Assembly: GCA_951406725.2 (NCBI GenBank)
Contig: OX597821.1
Coordinates: forward strand, 95,666,001-95,730,000
Direction: 5' to 3'
Source: Octopus vulgaris
Lineage: Eukaryota
DNA length: 64,000 nt
Below the pieces are notes generated by a model, which saw nothing but the letters and a program-made list of their open reading frames with translations, was not told the origin of the DNA and made no database searches. The translations under genes were made by a program, and so were the position numbers. Position 1 is the first letter of the stretch; each line of letters begins with the position of its first letter. Below are positions 25,080-39,215 of this stretch, one piece after another.

Positions 25080-27115
25080 GCTGATTAGCTGTGGTGAAGG
25101 CAACTCTTCTAGGAGAAGGACACTCTGACCTAAAGCCAGGTCATAATAATGATAGTCTCTTAATTGGTTGCACTATCAAAGCCATGACTCTTGATGGAGG
25201 CAGACTGGGCTCCTGTTTTGAAACAAAGCCATGATTTGTATTGGAAAATAAAACTCTGAATTCAAATTGACTTACCACTGCTTGCTTGCAGTCTCCTTTT
25301 GAGGAAAAGCCTAGGAGAAGGTATCCCAATATAAAACCTGCAGTCAACTTAGTTCTAGTCATCTTGCTTTGTTTGTCTCTAGAATCTACTATTTTGACCG
25401 AGAGAGTGGCAAAAGTGTTGCACAAGCATTTGTCACTGAAATCCAATGAAGTACAGATGTCCCTGACAAAACACCATCATTGTACAATCATCATTTTTCA
25501 AAAGTCCTATGGAAATAGAGGCATGGCAATGTAAGCAGACTTGACCAATTGGAAGCATACAATTACAAATCTGCACATAAGGCGGCAGGGTTCTTATCTT
25601 AACATTGCTAACATGTTTTCAGGGATAGGAACTGTTTTCGGTGGAGAATCTGAGCAGTCTCTTTAAAGAGAACACTGTTCATCTGAATATACTGTGAAGA
25701 TGCTAGAAAAGGTACACTAAAAATTGACTGTCCTTTCTCTGCTGGTTAGTTTACTGCAGCTAATGGTGTTTCAATTTAGCAGGAATAAACAAAGAATTGA
25801 TATAAATGATGATAACAAGTATGCAAGGAATAAAGTTTCTCTTAACCTGGCCTGTTGGAATGTGAGAAACCTTTTAGATCGAGCAGATAAACCTGAAAGA
25901 AGAACAGCTCTAATACCTAAGGAACTAAGGCATATTAATGTTGATATTGCAGCTCTTTCTGAAACAAGATGTTGTTGAAAGAGCAGCAAATTTCACATTA
26001 TTCTGGGTTGGGAAGCCGAAGGGAGAGAAAAGGGAAGGTGGTGTTGGGTTTACAATTAGAAGTGATTTGCTAAAAGACCTAGAACAACCACAAAGCATAA
26101 ATAAACACATAAGGAAACTCTGAATCCCTGTTTCTTGTGGATATTTTGTAACTGTTTTCTCCATTATGTTCCTACACTTTCAGCTAGTGAGAAAAATATC
26201 CATGCATTTTGTGTGGAGCTTAGAGAAAGTATTCTGTTAGTCCCTTTGAATGAGAAATTGGCTGTGCTTGGTAACATTAATGTACGTGTTGGTAGAGACT
26301 ATGGTGCTTGGAATGTGCTTGGGCATTACAGAATAGAAAAAGTGAACAATAATACGTTGCATCTGCTACAAATGTGCTCTGAGCTAGGGTTGGTTGTTGG
26401 GAATACTTTCTTTCATCAAAAGCTGAAACATAAAGTTACCTGGATTTACCCAAGATCAAAGCAAGGTCGCATGATTGACTTTGTATTAACTGAGAAAGCA
26501 GACTTACAAGATTTGTGCAGTCTCAGAGTATTGTGAAGTGCTGATTATGATACTGATTATAAGATGGTTAGGGCCAAGTTCAAGTTCAGGGTCTGCAAGA
26601 AAATTTATAGTGCAGGTGTACGAGTACCAAAGAGAATTGATGTAGAGCAGCTAAAACAACAAATTTTGCAGTTATTTCAGGAGAGATGCAGCAATGTTCA
26701 TTATGAAGGTTCATGGCAATCTTTTTAGGATGGAATATATAAAATGGGATCAGAGGTGTTAGGTTTTAGGAGGAGACAACACCGAGACAGGTTTGATTCC
26801 AATTTAGTGATAAATGTGCTTTTTAGCAACAAAAAGGTCCACTCATGAAAAGTTTCTTGACCCAAACGTTAAGAACAAAGTGCAACTAGAAAAGTTGTAC
26901 AAGTCTCAGAAAGCTTAAAGACACTTGGTGAAGAAATTTGTCTGAGGAAGTATAGGTGGCTTATGGCATGAAAGACATGAAAAGGTTTTATAGTTTATTG
27001 GGGGAAAGCTTTGGACTGCAATCTTCATCATATGTTCCCTTGAAGTCAAAAGATGGAAATGAGGTTATTAAATCCTCCTGAAACACTGAATAGATGGAGA
27101 GAGCATTTTTCAGAT
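25080..27115 (+). mobile_element. RTE-clade LINE, 5' part (APE endonuclease), degenerate and 3'-truncated
   Basis: LACWNVRNLLDR...ERRTALI.KEL...VDIAALSETR, GGVGF, LGNINVRVG, NTFF, TWIYPRSK..MIDFVL are RTE endonuclease motifs. Confidence 0.88.
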
Positions 27116-27869
27116 CTATACGTATCCTACATGGGTTTTATTTACACATATTTTTTATGTATATTTATATTTTATAAATATTTAAAAAAATATTCATATG
27201 TGTTGATATGTATTAATATATGTATAGGCATTTTAAGTCAAATGTATAAATATATGAGTATGATTTCCTAATTAGAGTTTATATCTTAATTCTTATATAA
27301 TATATATATATATGCACACACATTTATGTATTTGTTTTGCAAGATTCCTGATGTGAAATCTTGTGTTGAAACATTTATTATATATGGGGATGGTCATAGA
27401 TTTTGCTAATTACCCACACACACTATGTACTCATTCTTCACCTAAGCTTTATTATTATTCTTATTTTAGTGTCCTTTGTGTTATTTTAGTGTAATCTTTC
27501 ATTACACATTCAATGACTTCTTCAGCGACTCTCCATCCTATGTGTCTTCTCCTGTTCTATTTAGTCCACTGTGCCTTTTAGTAGTGTGTATCTTTATTTG
27601 TGAATGTGCTTGCATCTATGTGTGTATGTGTGTGTGTATTTGTGTGTATGTGTGTGTGTGTGGCTTGGTTTGTCTATTACTATGTAATCTAAGTGTTATG
27701 TCAGTTCTATGTGTTGGTAATATATTAACATCTATATTATTATCCATGCCTCCATGTTTTAACTGAGCATGTTGGTAGAGCACTGATGAGCATTTCTCCT
27801 CTTTGAGCTCTCACCAGTGTCCACCTATACGTTCTCCTATGCTATGTGCTGTCTTTCCACTGTAAGTTG

Positions 27870-28330
27870 TCCTGTAACTGTTCTGTCCAGAAAGAAGCTT
27901 ACTTCCCATCCATATAGTTTTGACTTCAGTCCCACTGTATATCATCTTGGACAAACTATAACAATGCACTGCAGAAATCACAGGCTGTTAGTCATGGTTT
28001 GTTAGAAGACTGCTACAGATGGTGGAACATTGTGTTTGGTTCTCAATTATAATCTCATGTGGAACCCAAATTTTCTCTTTGCATGTTTTCCCAATTTGCT
28101 TGAGATATTCGTGGATAGTTGAATATGACATTAAATTTTTGCACCAAATCTCAAGTGCTTTGACACGAATCCAATACAATAGTCTCATTCAAAAGGTCGT
28201 CATTAAGAGTGAGTCACCTTTCAGAAAGAGGCTTGTCAGATATGTCACAATCACCATCTTTAAACCTTCTGAACTGCAGTTGTTATGTACGAGTCTTCAT
28301 AGCATCTGGATAAACTTCAGAAAATGCTTT
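27870..28330. mobile_element. Rearranged mariner transposase remnant
   Basis: Minus strand has IGKT....WVPHEI (mariner WVPHEL motif). The adjacent plus-strand HPYSFDFSPTVYHL resembles HPPYSPDLAPSDYHL. Confidence 0.65.
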
Positions 28331-28817
28331 TCATTGCTTCTGTAGCAGTACTTTTCTTTCAAAACTCATACAGTAAGCAATGGGAAATATGTTGTTTCAT
28401 AAAGTTCTTATCCTCCACGGGGTTAATTGCTGTTTTAACTATGAATGACACACTGCCAGATAGAAAAGTTGATATACTCTCTCTAGACAGTTCTCACTCA
28501 TTTGATCTTAGCTCTGACGTGATTGGTTGATTCATATTTCATAGTGGTATAAAAACAATTACACACACACGACACACATTTGTGTGTATGTGTATACATA
28601 CATATGCACATACACGCATGCACGCAGCCACACGCATGCACGCACACACTCGCATGCACGCACACACACACATGCACACACACACACACATGCATGCAGA
28701 CACACGCATGCACGCACACATACACGTGCACGCAGACACATGCATGCACACACACACACATGCATGCACACACACACACAGAGGAAGCTAGGAGACAGGT
28801 ATATTTAGTTAGGGGAG

Positions 28818-29052
28818 CTAATGGTGGTGAGCTGGCAGAAACGTTAGCACGCCGGGCGAAATGCTTAGCGGTATTTCGTCTGCCGTTACGTTCTGAGTTC
28901 AAATTCCGCCAAGGTTGACTTTGCCTTTCATCCTTTTGGGGTCGATAAATTAAGTACCAGTTACGTACTGGGGTCGATGTAATCGACTTAATACCTATGT
29001 CTGTCCTTGTTTGTCCCCTCTATGTTTAGCCCCTTGTGGGTATTAAAGAAAT
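28818..29052 (+). mobile_element. SINE with Nin/Deu-like central domain, inserted into a LINE fragment with ~20-bp target duplication
   Basis: ggtgagctggcagaaacgttagc...gagttcaaattcc...gactttgcctttcatccttttggggtcgataaattaagtacc. The sequence aggtatatttag(t/c)taggggag occurs on both sides. Confidence 0.7.
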
Positions 29053-30904
29053 AGGTATATTTAGCTAGGGGAGTAGCAGATGGAGGAGAGAAGGAAGTGA
29101 GGAAGATGGTGAAGATGTGACAGAGAGGGAGGCAGACACCGTACACTCAAGTTACAGGGTGGCATATATAGTGGGCAGGTGGGTGAGTTCACAAGATTTT
29201 GAAAGGAAAGTGGGAGTTACACATTGTGGGAAGGGATTTAACTCGGACATATTGTGTACAAGTAGGCAGGTGAACAAGTGAGGGAGAACTGAGGGGAGAA
29301 ACATCAGTGGTGAGCATTGGTGAGTTGTGAGGGAGGGAGTAGGGTCATGAACATGGATTTTACTTTGCTGGGGAAGTCTCCTTAAGTACAGCATATTACC
29401 AGTTGTCTTGACCTTTTCTCATTTCCTCTCATTTCCTTAATAACTGAAGATCTTTTCTCACCACATCCTTCCATGTCTTTCTAGGTCTACTGCTTCCACA
29501 GGTTTCTTTGGCAGTTAGAAATTGGCATTTCTTTATGCAGCTGTCCTCATCCATACACTTCATATGACCATATAAGTGCAGACTTCTCCCTTGCACACTA
29601 CAACTGATGCTTCTTACACACAATTTCTCTCTCAAAACATTTACATTTTGTTGTATGTGCACACTAACAGGTGCAGGAGTGGCTGTGTGGTAAGTAGCTT
29701 GCTAACCAACCACAAAGTTCCGGGTTCAGTCCTACTGCGTGGCATCTTGGGCAAATGACTTCTGCTATATCCCCGGGCCGACCAATGCCTTGTGAGTAGA
29801 TTTGGTAGACGGAAACTGAAAGAAGCCTGTCGTATATATGTATATATATGTATATGTATTTGTGTGTGTGCGTTTGTGTGTCTGTGTTTGTCCCCCTAGC
29901 ATTGCTTGACAACTGATGCTGGTGTGTTTATGTCCCCGTCACTTAGCGGTTTGGCAAAAGAGACCGATAGAATAAGTACTGGGCTTACAAAGAATAAGTC
30001 CTGGGGGCGATTTGCTCGACTAAAGGTGGTGCTCCATATATACGACAGGCTTCTTTCAGTTTCTGTCTCCTAAATCCACTCACAAGGCATTGGTCGGCCC
30101 GGGGCTATAGCAGAAGACACTTGGCCAAGGTGCCACGCAATGGGACTGAACCCGGAACTATGTGGTTGGTTAGCAAACTACTTACCACACAGCCACTCCT
30201 GTGCCTGTATTGATTTTTAATGAAATCAGATCACAGCTAGTCACATAGAGTCTTAGATGATTTGAATTGACCCACTTGTTATAATGACCAAATAACCTTC
30301 AAATTATTTTAAAAACAGACAAAACAAACTGAAATCAAGATTAAGAGAAAACGAGTCATGACTAACACACCTTTGATCATGGCTCCATTCAATCAATCTA
30401 AACATTACAACCCTCTACCTTTCTCTTTTATATGTATGTGTGGGTGGGTGTATATACAAGAATATATCATGTAAATGTACAAGTTTTCATATACAATAGA
30501 TATTGTGCATACTATACTCATGTTACATGTTAGGCAAGCATCTAATATCCTTGACATATTGTCGAACAAAGAAGTTTCTAAGTATTTGCTTAGTTTGCTA
30601 TAAATAACTTACGTTTAATAAAACACAAATTATTTCACAGTCCAGTCATGCGAGTAGAGAGAAATAAAGACAACAAATGGAGTGAGAGTGAGTGATGGTC
30701 AGAGATGCTAAATGCAGGTGAACCATAGTGAGATGTTTTACTCTGATGCAGCTGGTATTTTTTTTATTAAAATGAAACTGGAAAGTTTTATTGTAAATTA
30801 TATTAATTAATTTCACACATATATACATATGAAATTAAATATCAAACTCTTTTCAAAACACTATCATTCATGCAATATTTATAAATTATACATATATGTA
30901 AGCA

Positions 30905-31068
30905 TGCATACATACACACACATACATACATACATACATACATACATACACACATACATACATACATACATACATACATACATACATGCATGCATGCATA
31001 CATACATACACATATACATACACACATACATACATACATACATACATACATACATACACACACACACA

Positions 31069-31102
<34 letters not shown>

Positions 31103-31200
31103 CATACACACATACATACATACATACATGCATACATACATACATACATACATACATACATACATACATACATACATACATACATACATACATACATACA

Positions 31201-31230
<30 letters not shown>
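30905..31230. repeat. (TACA)n tetranucleotide microsatellite
   Basis: Direct reading. It generates the spurious HTYI/MYVC ORFs. Confidence 0.95.
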
Positions 31231-31231
<1 letters not shown>

Positions 31232-31269
31232 GCATCTTTGGTATGGTCTTCATGAGGAGCCACATTTCC

Positions 31270-31750
31270 GTTCAATAGAGGAGAATGGAGAGAACTGACA
31301 CATTGTAGATGTGGAGCTTCATCTTCTGGAAGATAGAGTAGTGGTATCAAAGGGGATTTCATAGGAAGTATATGACCTCAGCAGCCAGACTATATCTGTG
31401 GTTGACCTCTGACATCAGGTCTCCACTGATGGTGATTTGTGAAGCCCAGGTAGATAAAGGAGCCAACAAACTCCACAATATTGGGGCCAATATGGAGAGG
31501 TAGGTTGTTCAGTCCATCACCGTCATGCATCAGCTTTGTCTTCACCCAACTCACCTAAAGGTCAAGTTTTACTGATTTCTCTTGGTATATGGTCAGTGCA
31601 TCCTTGAACAGGTTGATTGAGTTGGTGAATAGGGAGGTATTGTCCACATACTCCAGGTTGGTAAGATGATAGTTCCCAAAGGTCATGTCAGAGACTCACT
31701 CACAGACCTTGGTCATCAGATAACACTGGTCAACAAAGAATTTGTCTCAA
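31270..31750 (-). mobile_element. RTE-type LINE RT remnant
   Basis: Minus strand reads HLTNLEYVDNTSLF, a decayed YADD region. Confidence 0.5.
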
Positions 31751-32009
31751 GTAAAAGAATACCTGTATCTTATATGTTTTTGCATGCAGAACTGAAAAAT
31801 AATGTCAAATTATCTGTATCACCCACAGTTTCTCGGTTCCATGATATCCCTCTCAGTTCCTGCTACATGGGCAAGATTTCAGTTAAGCTGTTGAAGCTAA
31901 TAGTTTAAGAAATACTCCTAATTTAAATGTTTATGAATAGAAATAACCTAATGAAATCATAAATCTAGCTATATATATATGAATGCATGTATATATATGT
32001 GTGTGGGTG

Positions 32010-32340
32010 TGAAGGCGCATGGCTCAGCAGTTAGAGCATTGAGCTTATGATCATGAGGTTGTGAGCTTGAATCCTGGACCGTGCTGCGTGTTGTGTTCTT
32101 GAGCAAGACACTTTATTTCAGGTACTTCAGTTCACTCAGCTGTAGAAAGGAGTTTCACCGTCACAGGTGCCATGCTGTATTGGCCCTTGCCTTTCCCTTG
32201 GATAACACTGGTGGTGTGGAGAGGGGAGATCGGTATGCATGGGTGACTACTGGTCTCCCATAATCAACCTTGCCCGGACTTGTGTCTGGGGGGGTAACTT
32301 TCTAGGTGCAATCCCATGGTTTGTGTCATGACAGAAGTGG
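32010..32340 (+). mobile_element. tRNA-derived SINE (third family)
   Basis: tggctcagcagttagagc A-box-like and gagcttgaatcc B-box-like motifs, then a gttcttgagcaagacactt core. Confidence 0.65.
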
Positions 32341-32349
32341 GGCCTCAAT

Positions 32350-32684
32350 ATATGTGGGATATAAATGTAAGATAATAGTTTCACTTTAATAGTTTCATTA
32401 TTAATAGTGAAACTATTAAATTGAAAGTATCTAACCTTACAATAGAGATGTTATGGTTTCACTTTTGACACATAATACTGAAATAGTGTAAGAGATAAGA
32501 GATTGGTCTGGGCTTGCTTTAGGCAAGAAATTGAAAATTGTTTGGCCCATGACACTATATGGGCCCTAAGTAAGGCATGAGTAAAATTTGAATGAAATCG
32601 GTTGTAAAGGTCTCGAGTTTTAAGGATTCACACAAACAGATAGACACACACACAGACACACATTCTCAGTTTTATATATTAAGA
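32350..32684 (-). mobile_element. Helitron 5' end remnant
   Basis: Minus strand begins TCttaatatataaaactgag-(TG)n, like the Helitron at 53603. The left boundary is approximate. Confidence 0.55.
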
Positions 32685-32709
32685 TATATATATCAATACA
32701 TACATGCAA

Positions 32710-32740
<31 letters not shown>

Positions 32741-32747
32741 AATGTAT

Positions 32748-32795
<48 letters not shown>

Positions 32796-33059
32796 ATACG
32801 TTATACAGAGTCCATCAAAGAAATGTTTACACACTTCAGGAAAAGAAATTTTGTAGAAATATTTGAACACCCCAGCCAATTTTCACTTCTTTATGTACCT
32901 TTTTTTAATCCCTATTAGGATTACATTGAATTTTCTCAGTATAATCAGCCCTAGCTAAGGTGAAATTGTAATGTTTCATTCTGTCTAAGTATGTTTTCCT
33001 TTGCTGTAAGTGTGGAAAATTTATGAGAATTCCCTAAAAAAACGAACTGATAATTGCTT

Positions 33060-33136
<77 letters not shown>

Positions 33137-33738
33137 CACATGCTTGTTTGCTCACACAAACATAATCTATCTACATCACAATACTCTTATTTCTTGCAAC
33201 ACCGGTGCGTTAGTCACAATTAGTAACAATAAAATTTTCCCTTTGTAGTATTATATTGTGCCTAGCTGTTTGAATTAATTTTTAATATATGCATTAGCAT
33301 TTTGCTAAATCAACCATAAATTTTGATTGTAAAATATATATATATTGACATCCATGTTCAGTCAACAATCAAATGTTTGAAAAGTCACTATTGACAAGCC
33401 TACTACAGGTAGGTGGAAGTAGTCAAGCCTAGTGATCCTAGAGATGCTCATGGGGTAGTTATCTCCGCTGTCAGTGTGTATATATATGTGTGTATATATA
33501 TATATATATTGCATGTCTTGTACAGCAGTAATAGCTTTTAACTCTTATTTCTTGCAATATAGGTGCTTTGGCACAATCAGTCATCAGTGATGATAAAATT
33601 TTTCCTCTATTTTATTATATTGCATCTAACTGTTTATATTAAGTTTTTCTTTTCCTGAAGTGTGTACACATTTCTTTGATGGACTCTTTATAACATATGT
33701 GTATATATATATACATATATATATACATATATATATAC

Positions 33739-33801
<63 letters not shown>

Positions 33802-33808
33802 ATACATT

Positions 33809-33853
<45 letters not shown>

Positions 33854-34795
33854 ATGCTTTAGCATTTCCCTAAATCATCCATAAATTTTTATGGTAAAAA
33901 TATATATACTGACAGCCTGATTTTGAGTATTCACTACTGACTAGCCTACAACTAATAGGCATAACTAGTCTAGTGACCCTAGAGATGCTCATAAGGTGGT
34001 TATCTCCCTTCTCACCGAATATATGTATTGGGCAATTCTTACCGCATTAAGACTATCACGGGTGCTACATTACAAAACCTCCCACAGAAATAATTAAAAT
34101 CTAAAAAAATATAAATTGGCCGCAGAAATGCATAATATACTGAGGAGTCTGCGATACAAATCTACATATATTAGCCAGAAAAATCCATAATGTACCGAAT
34201 GCATGATAGAGTGTGTGTACTGAGTGCATGATAAGGGTTAAGTTAGCCTAAAGTCCGGATTCACAAGAAACACGGTTGCAAGCTGCCTGAGAAAGGATTG
34301 CAAATATAGTGCATGGATCAGAGAGGAATAGCGAGAAAATATTATAAAATGAAAAAAAAAAAAAACCAACCTCGATAGAGATGTAAAGAAAAGAATATTT
34401 AAAGGAAGCTAAACTTTGAACACTATAAAAATGCAAATCATCCTTTCTTTCTTAAATAGGTCCACTTAATTTTTTCCATTCCGTGGAATTTTCCTAGGTC
34501 CCATTAGTATATATTATTATACATAACATATATATTGTCAATGTATATGCATACAGCTAACACGTTCTCTATCAAATTTCTTTCATAAGTTGTTGATAAA
34601 CTTAAAGCTATTCCAAATTGTCATTCATTTAAATGAAATCCAGAACCATGTGGTTGCAAAATTAACTCCTTCACCACATTGTCATAAATAATATTCCATT
34701 GGCATTCTGTGCCTTTCAATTTTCTTCCCATTTTTCCTGTTATTATTGTAATGTTTAAATTTATATATAATAATGTTTTTTGTTTATTTTTACAG

Positions 34796-34867
34796 ATGGT
34801 GAAGGATATTCTGGAAGAATTTTCAGTAAAAAACGATATCTGGACAGATTCTGATGCTTATAAGCAA
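34796..34867 (+). CDS. DUF389-family gene exon (MVKDILEEFSVKNDIWTDSDAYKQ)
   Basis: tacag| acceptor, |gttagt donor, 72 nt, phase 0/0. Confidence 0.8.
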
Positions 34868-34929
34868 GTTAGTATCTTTTTGATATCATATTAGCAATGT
34901 ATTGTCAGTAACAATCATTTAAAAGAAGA

Positions 34930-35290
34930 TAGTTTCCAAGCAAATTGCTTATTAGAGCTGTACAAGCCATGTATCGGGATGCTGTTAGTAAGGTGAGAGC
35001 CAGTCATATGTACAATGATGAATTCAGTGTACAAGTAGGAGTTCACCAGGGCTCAGTTCTCTGTTCCATTTTATTCATCATATTTCCCCAGGCCATAACA
35101 AATTTAAGACTGGCTACCCTTTGAAACTAATATATGCTGATGATCTCACTCTTATAGCAAAACCGTAAAAGAAATTCCAGGTGTGGATGCAAAACCTGAA
35201 ATCAAAGCAATTAATCTAGTGAAGACCCAAGTTGTAAGCAAGAAACAGATAAGCCTTTCTTTCTGTCAGGTAAATAGACCTGTTTAATAT
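34930..35290 (+). mobile_element. RTE-type LINE RT remnant
   Basis: VGVHQGSVL and YADDL motifs. Similar remnants at ~39440-40350(+), 44100-44990(-), 29400-29640(-), 62880-63130(-). Confidence 0.7.
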
Positions 35291-35706
35291 TGGAAGGGAA
35301 TGCTTTGTGTGTTAAGTACTAATCAATGTGGTAAGCCATAACCTGGAACATAACTGAGAGCTTCTATGGTATCCGTCTGGATAATGTCTCCCTCTAAACA
35401 CACACGCACACATATACACACAATATATAATATAAATTGTGTGTGTGTGTGTGTATAATGCTGTTATGTTGTTCAACGTATAACAATGTTAACCAGCAGA
35501 TCTATGAAGGAACTCATTCCAGTCATAACTGTGCTGTCTTTTTTTTATTTTAATATTCAGACACATATAACACTACATTGTTTAATCTTTACTTTTCTTC
35601 TGATGGCAGAGTGAAAATATATAGAGGTGTGACTGCTACCTCTAGCCAATCTCACAAGCACATAGGAACTCCTTTGTTGCCTCATGTAATGAATAATGAT
35701 TACATG

Positions 35707-35760
<54 letters not shown>

Positions 35761-35809
35761 GGTGTAAAGGTGAAGCAATCCTTTATGATGTTCTGAAATT
35801 TCAATTTAG

Positions 35810-35910
35810 ATTACATTTATTGATTGTGGTGCTCCTGCCAGAACTGAAGACATATTGAAGAGACTAATGGCAATTGGAATTGGTCAGAAACTCAAAGATT
35901 CTTCCATCAG
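35810..35910 (+). CDS. DUF389-family gene exon (ITFIDCGAPARTEDILKRLMAIGIGQKLKDSSI-S)
   Basis: tttag| acceptor, AG|gttagt donor, 101 nt, phase 0/2. Confidence 0.85.
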
Positions 35911-36424
35911 GTTAGTACAAATTAAACATTTCATTGACCTTTCTGAAATTTCATTATGTTTGTCATCCAAAGCAATCCTAAGTTTTGACTAACATGGACC
36001 AGATACAAATATTTAGTTTGTCCAGCCAATCACTTCTCTCTTAAGGTTGTTGACTGAAAATTGTGTTAGGACCTGGTTAGATAGGTTCTTAATTCATGTG
36101 CCATTTAGCAGGGTATATAATTTCCCTATTTCACTGATATTCAAACTTACATCATAACAAATCCATCTTGCATGATAGTGATCGTTATTTTCTCTGTTTT
36201 CCCTTTCTAATTTAAAAAAAATTTATATATCACCTTTCTTTACATTTTTCTATTATTTTTCCCTGTATTTTTCTAGTATCTTTTTCTTTGCATATATTTT
36301 GTGTTATTTTTGTTTCATCGATTTTCTCTCCACTGTTTTTCTCTACAAAAATTCTGTATCAATTTATTTTTTTTTCTGTCTATGCTTTTGTTATATATAA
36401 TTTTTCTATTTGCACCATACCCAG

Positions 36425-36490
36425 TGTTTTCCCAGCATCAATACATGTTGAGACTTTTGACCAAAAAAATTCTAAAGAGGAAAGTAACAG
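36425..36490 (+). CDS. DUF389-family gene exon (VFPASIHVETFDQKNSKEESN)
   Basis: cccag| acceptor, AG|gtatgt donor, 66 nt, phase 2/2. Confidence 0.8.
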
Positions 36491-37667
36491 GTATGTATAT
36501 ATTATCACATTATCACGGAATTCTTTATTCTCCATTTTCTCTCATTTCTTATTTTTCTCTTTATCAATTTTTATCATATTTTTCTTTTTTCACCTTTCCT
36601 TATTTCATTTATTTTTTTATTCTAAGTCAGAGCAGGAGTGAGAGAAATGCTCGTGCCATGTTAGCTCTCCCACACTGCAGTTAGAATATTTGTTGAGTGA
36701 TGTCTAGAGACAAAAAAAAGAAAAGAAAAATGGCTAGGAAAAGAAATAATAGGAAGAAAAAGCTCTACCCATGGCCTTTGCGGGCCCTCTAAGACTGGGT
36801 TCTGAGTAGACAAGACTCAGCAAAGTGTTTTGTTCTGTTTTTAGATGTGGGATATAGTAAGGATAACATGAAGGAGAGGAGAAAATGTTCTAACAGGGTG
36901 GAACTTGCTGGTTCAGTGGAGCAGAGGCTGATGTAGTAGCAGTACAACAGACTGTGAGAATAAACATTTTACATGTGTGCTAGTAGTTGTAGCATATTAG
37001 TGAGGGATTTTTCTTGACAATTAGCTGAATGAACTTCTTTTGGATGTTGTCATGGATGCTAGTGTGTGTAGTAGCAGCACCATTTCATATATGTGATAAC
37101 AAGTCTAATGTAATCAACTATATTCCTTGTCTGAATCCGAATAATCTTTAATGTGCTTGAAGTAGTCAAAAAGGTCTCACTTTCAAACTACTGAATATGC
37201 ATCACCATTATCATCATCATCTTCCTTTAATGCCCATCTTTCAGGGTGGCAATGGGTTGGACAGTTCCTGGAGGCTCTGACAGGTTTGAGGACTGCATTG
37301 GGCTCCTTTGACTATTTTGGCATGGTTTCCATGGCTAGATGCCCTACCCAATGCCAACCACTTTACGGACTGTATTAGTTGTCATTTTTTTTCAAGGAAC
37401 CACCACTAGTGACATCACTGTGCAACTCACAAGACTACAGTCCCCTTCATCAGTGTGGGGTTACTGCAGAGAAAGGTGGGTTTATGCTAGATGAAAGATT
37501 AATGATGCCTCAAGTGGTTAGATTTGCATTTCATCTCCTTGGGAGCTGAGCTTGATATTGCAAGTACCAGTTATATATTGAGTTCAGTTCAATCAACAAT
37601 ATTCTCATCTCTATAAACTTGTAACCATATACCTTCTGAGGAAATTTTATTATTGTTGTTGTTGCAG

Positions 37668-37731
37668 TATAAAGAAAGAAAATGAAAGCAATTTCAAGAA
37701 ATCTGTGAAGTCCCGTCTAGTTGTGGCACAG
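37668..37731 (+). CDS. DUF389-family gene exon (IKKENESNFKKSVKSRLVVAQ)
   Basis: tgcag| acceptor, CAG|gtcagt donor, 64 nt, phase 2/0. F..SVKSRL.V.Q motif precedes the membrane domain. Confidence 0.88.
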
Positions 37732-37999
37732 GTCAGTCCCTACAGTGTTTTATTATTGTTATTACAAAAGAGTGGGTAAGGCAGTGGGTTGGCAGAATCA
37801 TTAGCATGCTGGGCAAAATGTTTAACAGCTTTTCAAACTCGCGGACTACAAATTTGTGATCAGTACAGTTGACCTAGAGCTACTTAGAAGGCAAGGACCC
37901 AATTACTGGAAGCTGATCACGACATTCCTGGTGTTTCAAGCTTACAGAGATTGGATTAGAGAATTAGTTAAGCGGGCACTGATGGGGAATGGGGGAGAG

Positions 38000-38860
38000 G
38001 GGCTGGGAATCATCAACAACAAATGGTAGTTTGCCGGGAAAAGGACAGTTAGAGTAGAATCAGTTAGGCTTCGTAAGACTTTAGTAATAGATAGAAATAA
38101 AGTAGAAGGGAACTTAGAAACTTAAAAGATGTGCTTGGGAAAGGTGTTGCAACCGATAAGCTGGCTGCAAGATTGGCACGGGACCAATTCTTCAAAGCTA
38201 AACACAAAAGTTGCATTATCAGGGCTAAGGTGTCTCCTTTAAGACAAGAAGAAATAAAGGCCACTCTGTGGGCTCGACTGGCAAAGTTGCAGTGTGGCAG
38301 CAAAGCCACAATTCGGTCTTCGGTGGACCAAAATGGGCACACGGTACTTGAGCTCGAGCAGATGTGTGTGGCATTTCAGCAGCACTTTGACCAACAGAGA
38401 ATGCAGCATGGATTTCAGGTGAATGGTGTTTGGTCCATCAAAGATGTCTCCTCTCATCTCTTCTGAATGTACTGGCTCTAGAGCCACTACTATAGAAATG
38501 GGAAGCATTGAAAGGCATTCCATGTGAACTAGGACATGGGATAACTGTCTCAGCATATGCAGATAATGTCACTGTGATAATGTCAAACATCAGATACATA
38601 GTCCTGGTCAGCACTGCTCTAAAAGAATACGAGGCAGAGACAGAAGAAAAATGTCAATGGGCCTGCAGCTTGGTACCTGGAGAGGCAGGTTCATGCCATC
38701 CAACAATGTCGTGAAATGCTGGATAGTAGAACTGGTTAAATTGCTTGGGGTCTGGTTTGGTCTGAATCTCTAGGTGAAGAAGAATGAGGTTATGAGCAGG
38801 GTAGTCAAACCCACCCAGAAATGGGTCAAGAGAAAGCTGTCTCTGAAAGTTTTATATCCT
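38000..38860 (+). mobile_element. L1/Tx1-like LINE remnant
   Basis: CIIRAKV..LRQEE region and VSAYADNVTV RT motif; heavily degraded. Confidence 0.55.
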
Positions 38861-39215
38861 AGTGTTGGATATAGAATTTAGCAAAGCTGGGGGGAAAGAA
38901 GTATTTAAATGATTCACTACAATTACTGTTGCACAAGGTAACATGCTCTCTGCCAACAGCTCATGGTTTCTACAAGCTGCTCTTGGAAGTTCCCCTCTTT
39001 TGGGTATTTTGATTGTTGTAATTTTCTTTGTTATTCTGTATTTACATGCTTCAATCCCACTCTATTTGTATTGTATTGTCCTGTACCATCTCCAGTTTTT
39101 AAATGAACCCTCAGTGGTTAATAAATGAAAGATTATTTTCATCATTGTTGTTGTTGTCATCATCATCATCATCATTGTCGTTGTCATCATCTTCAAAATT
39201 TCTGTTTTCTTCCAG

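Noticed and set aside
30829-31362. Multiple long ORFs (HTYI/MYVC repeats); similar ORFs at 22.8k, 28.5k, 50.9k
   Set aside because: Translations of stop-free microsatellites.
32806-33688. Mariner-type MITE defined by cagagtccatcaaag TIRs
   Set aside because: The inverted similarity extends well outside the putative TIRs into flanking microsatellite, which favours a local inverted duplication.
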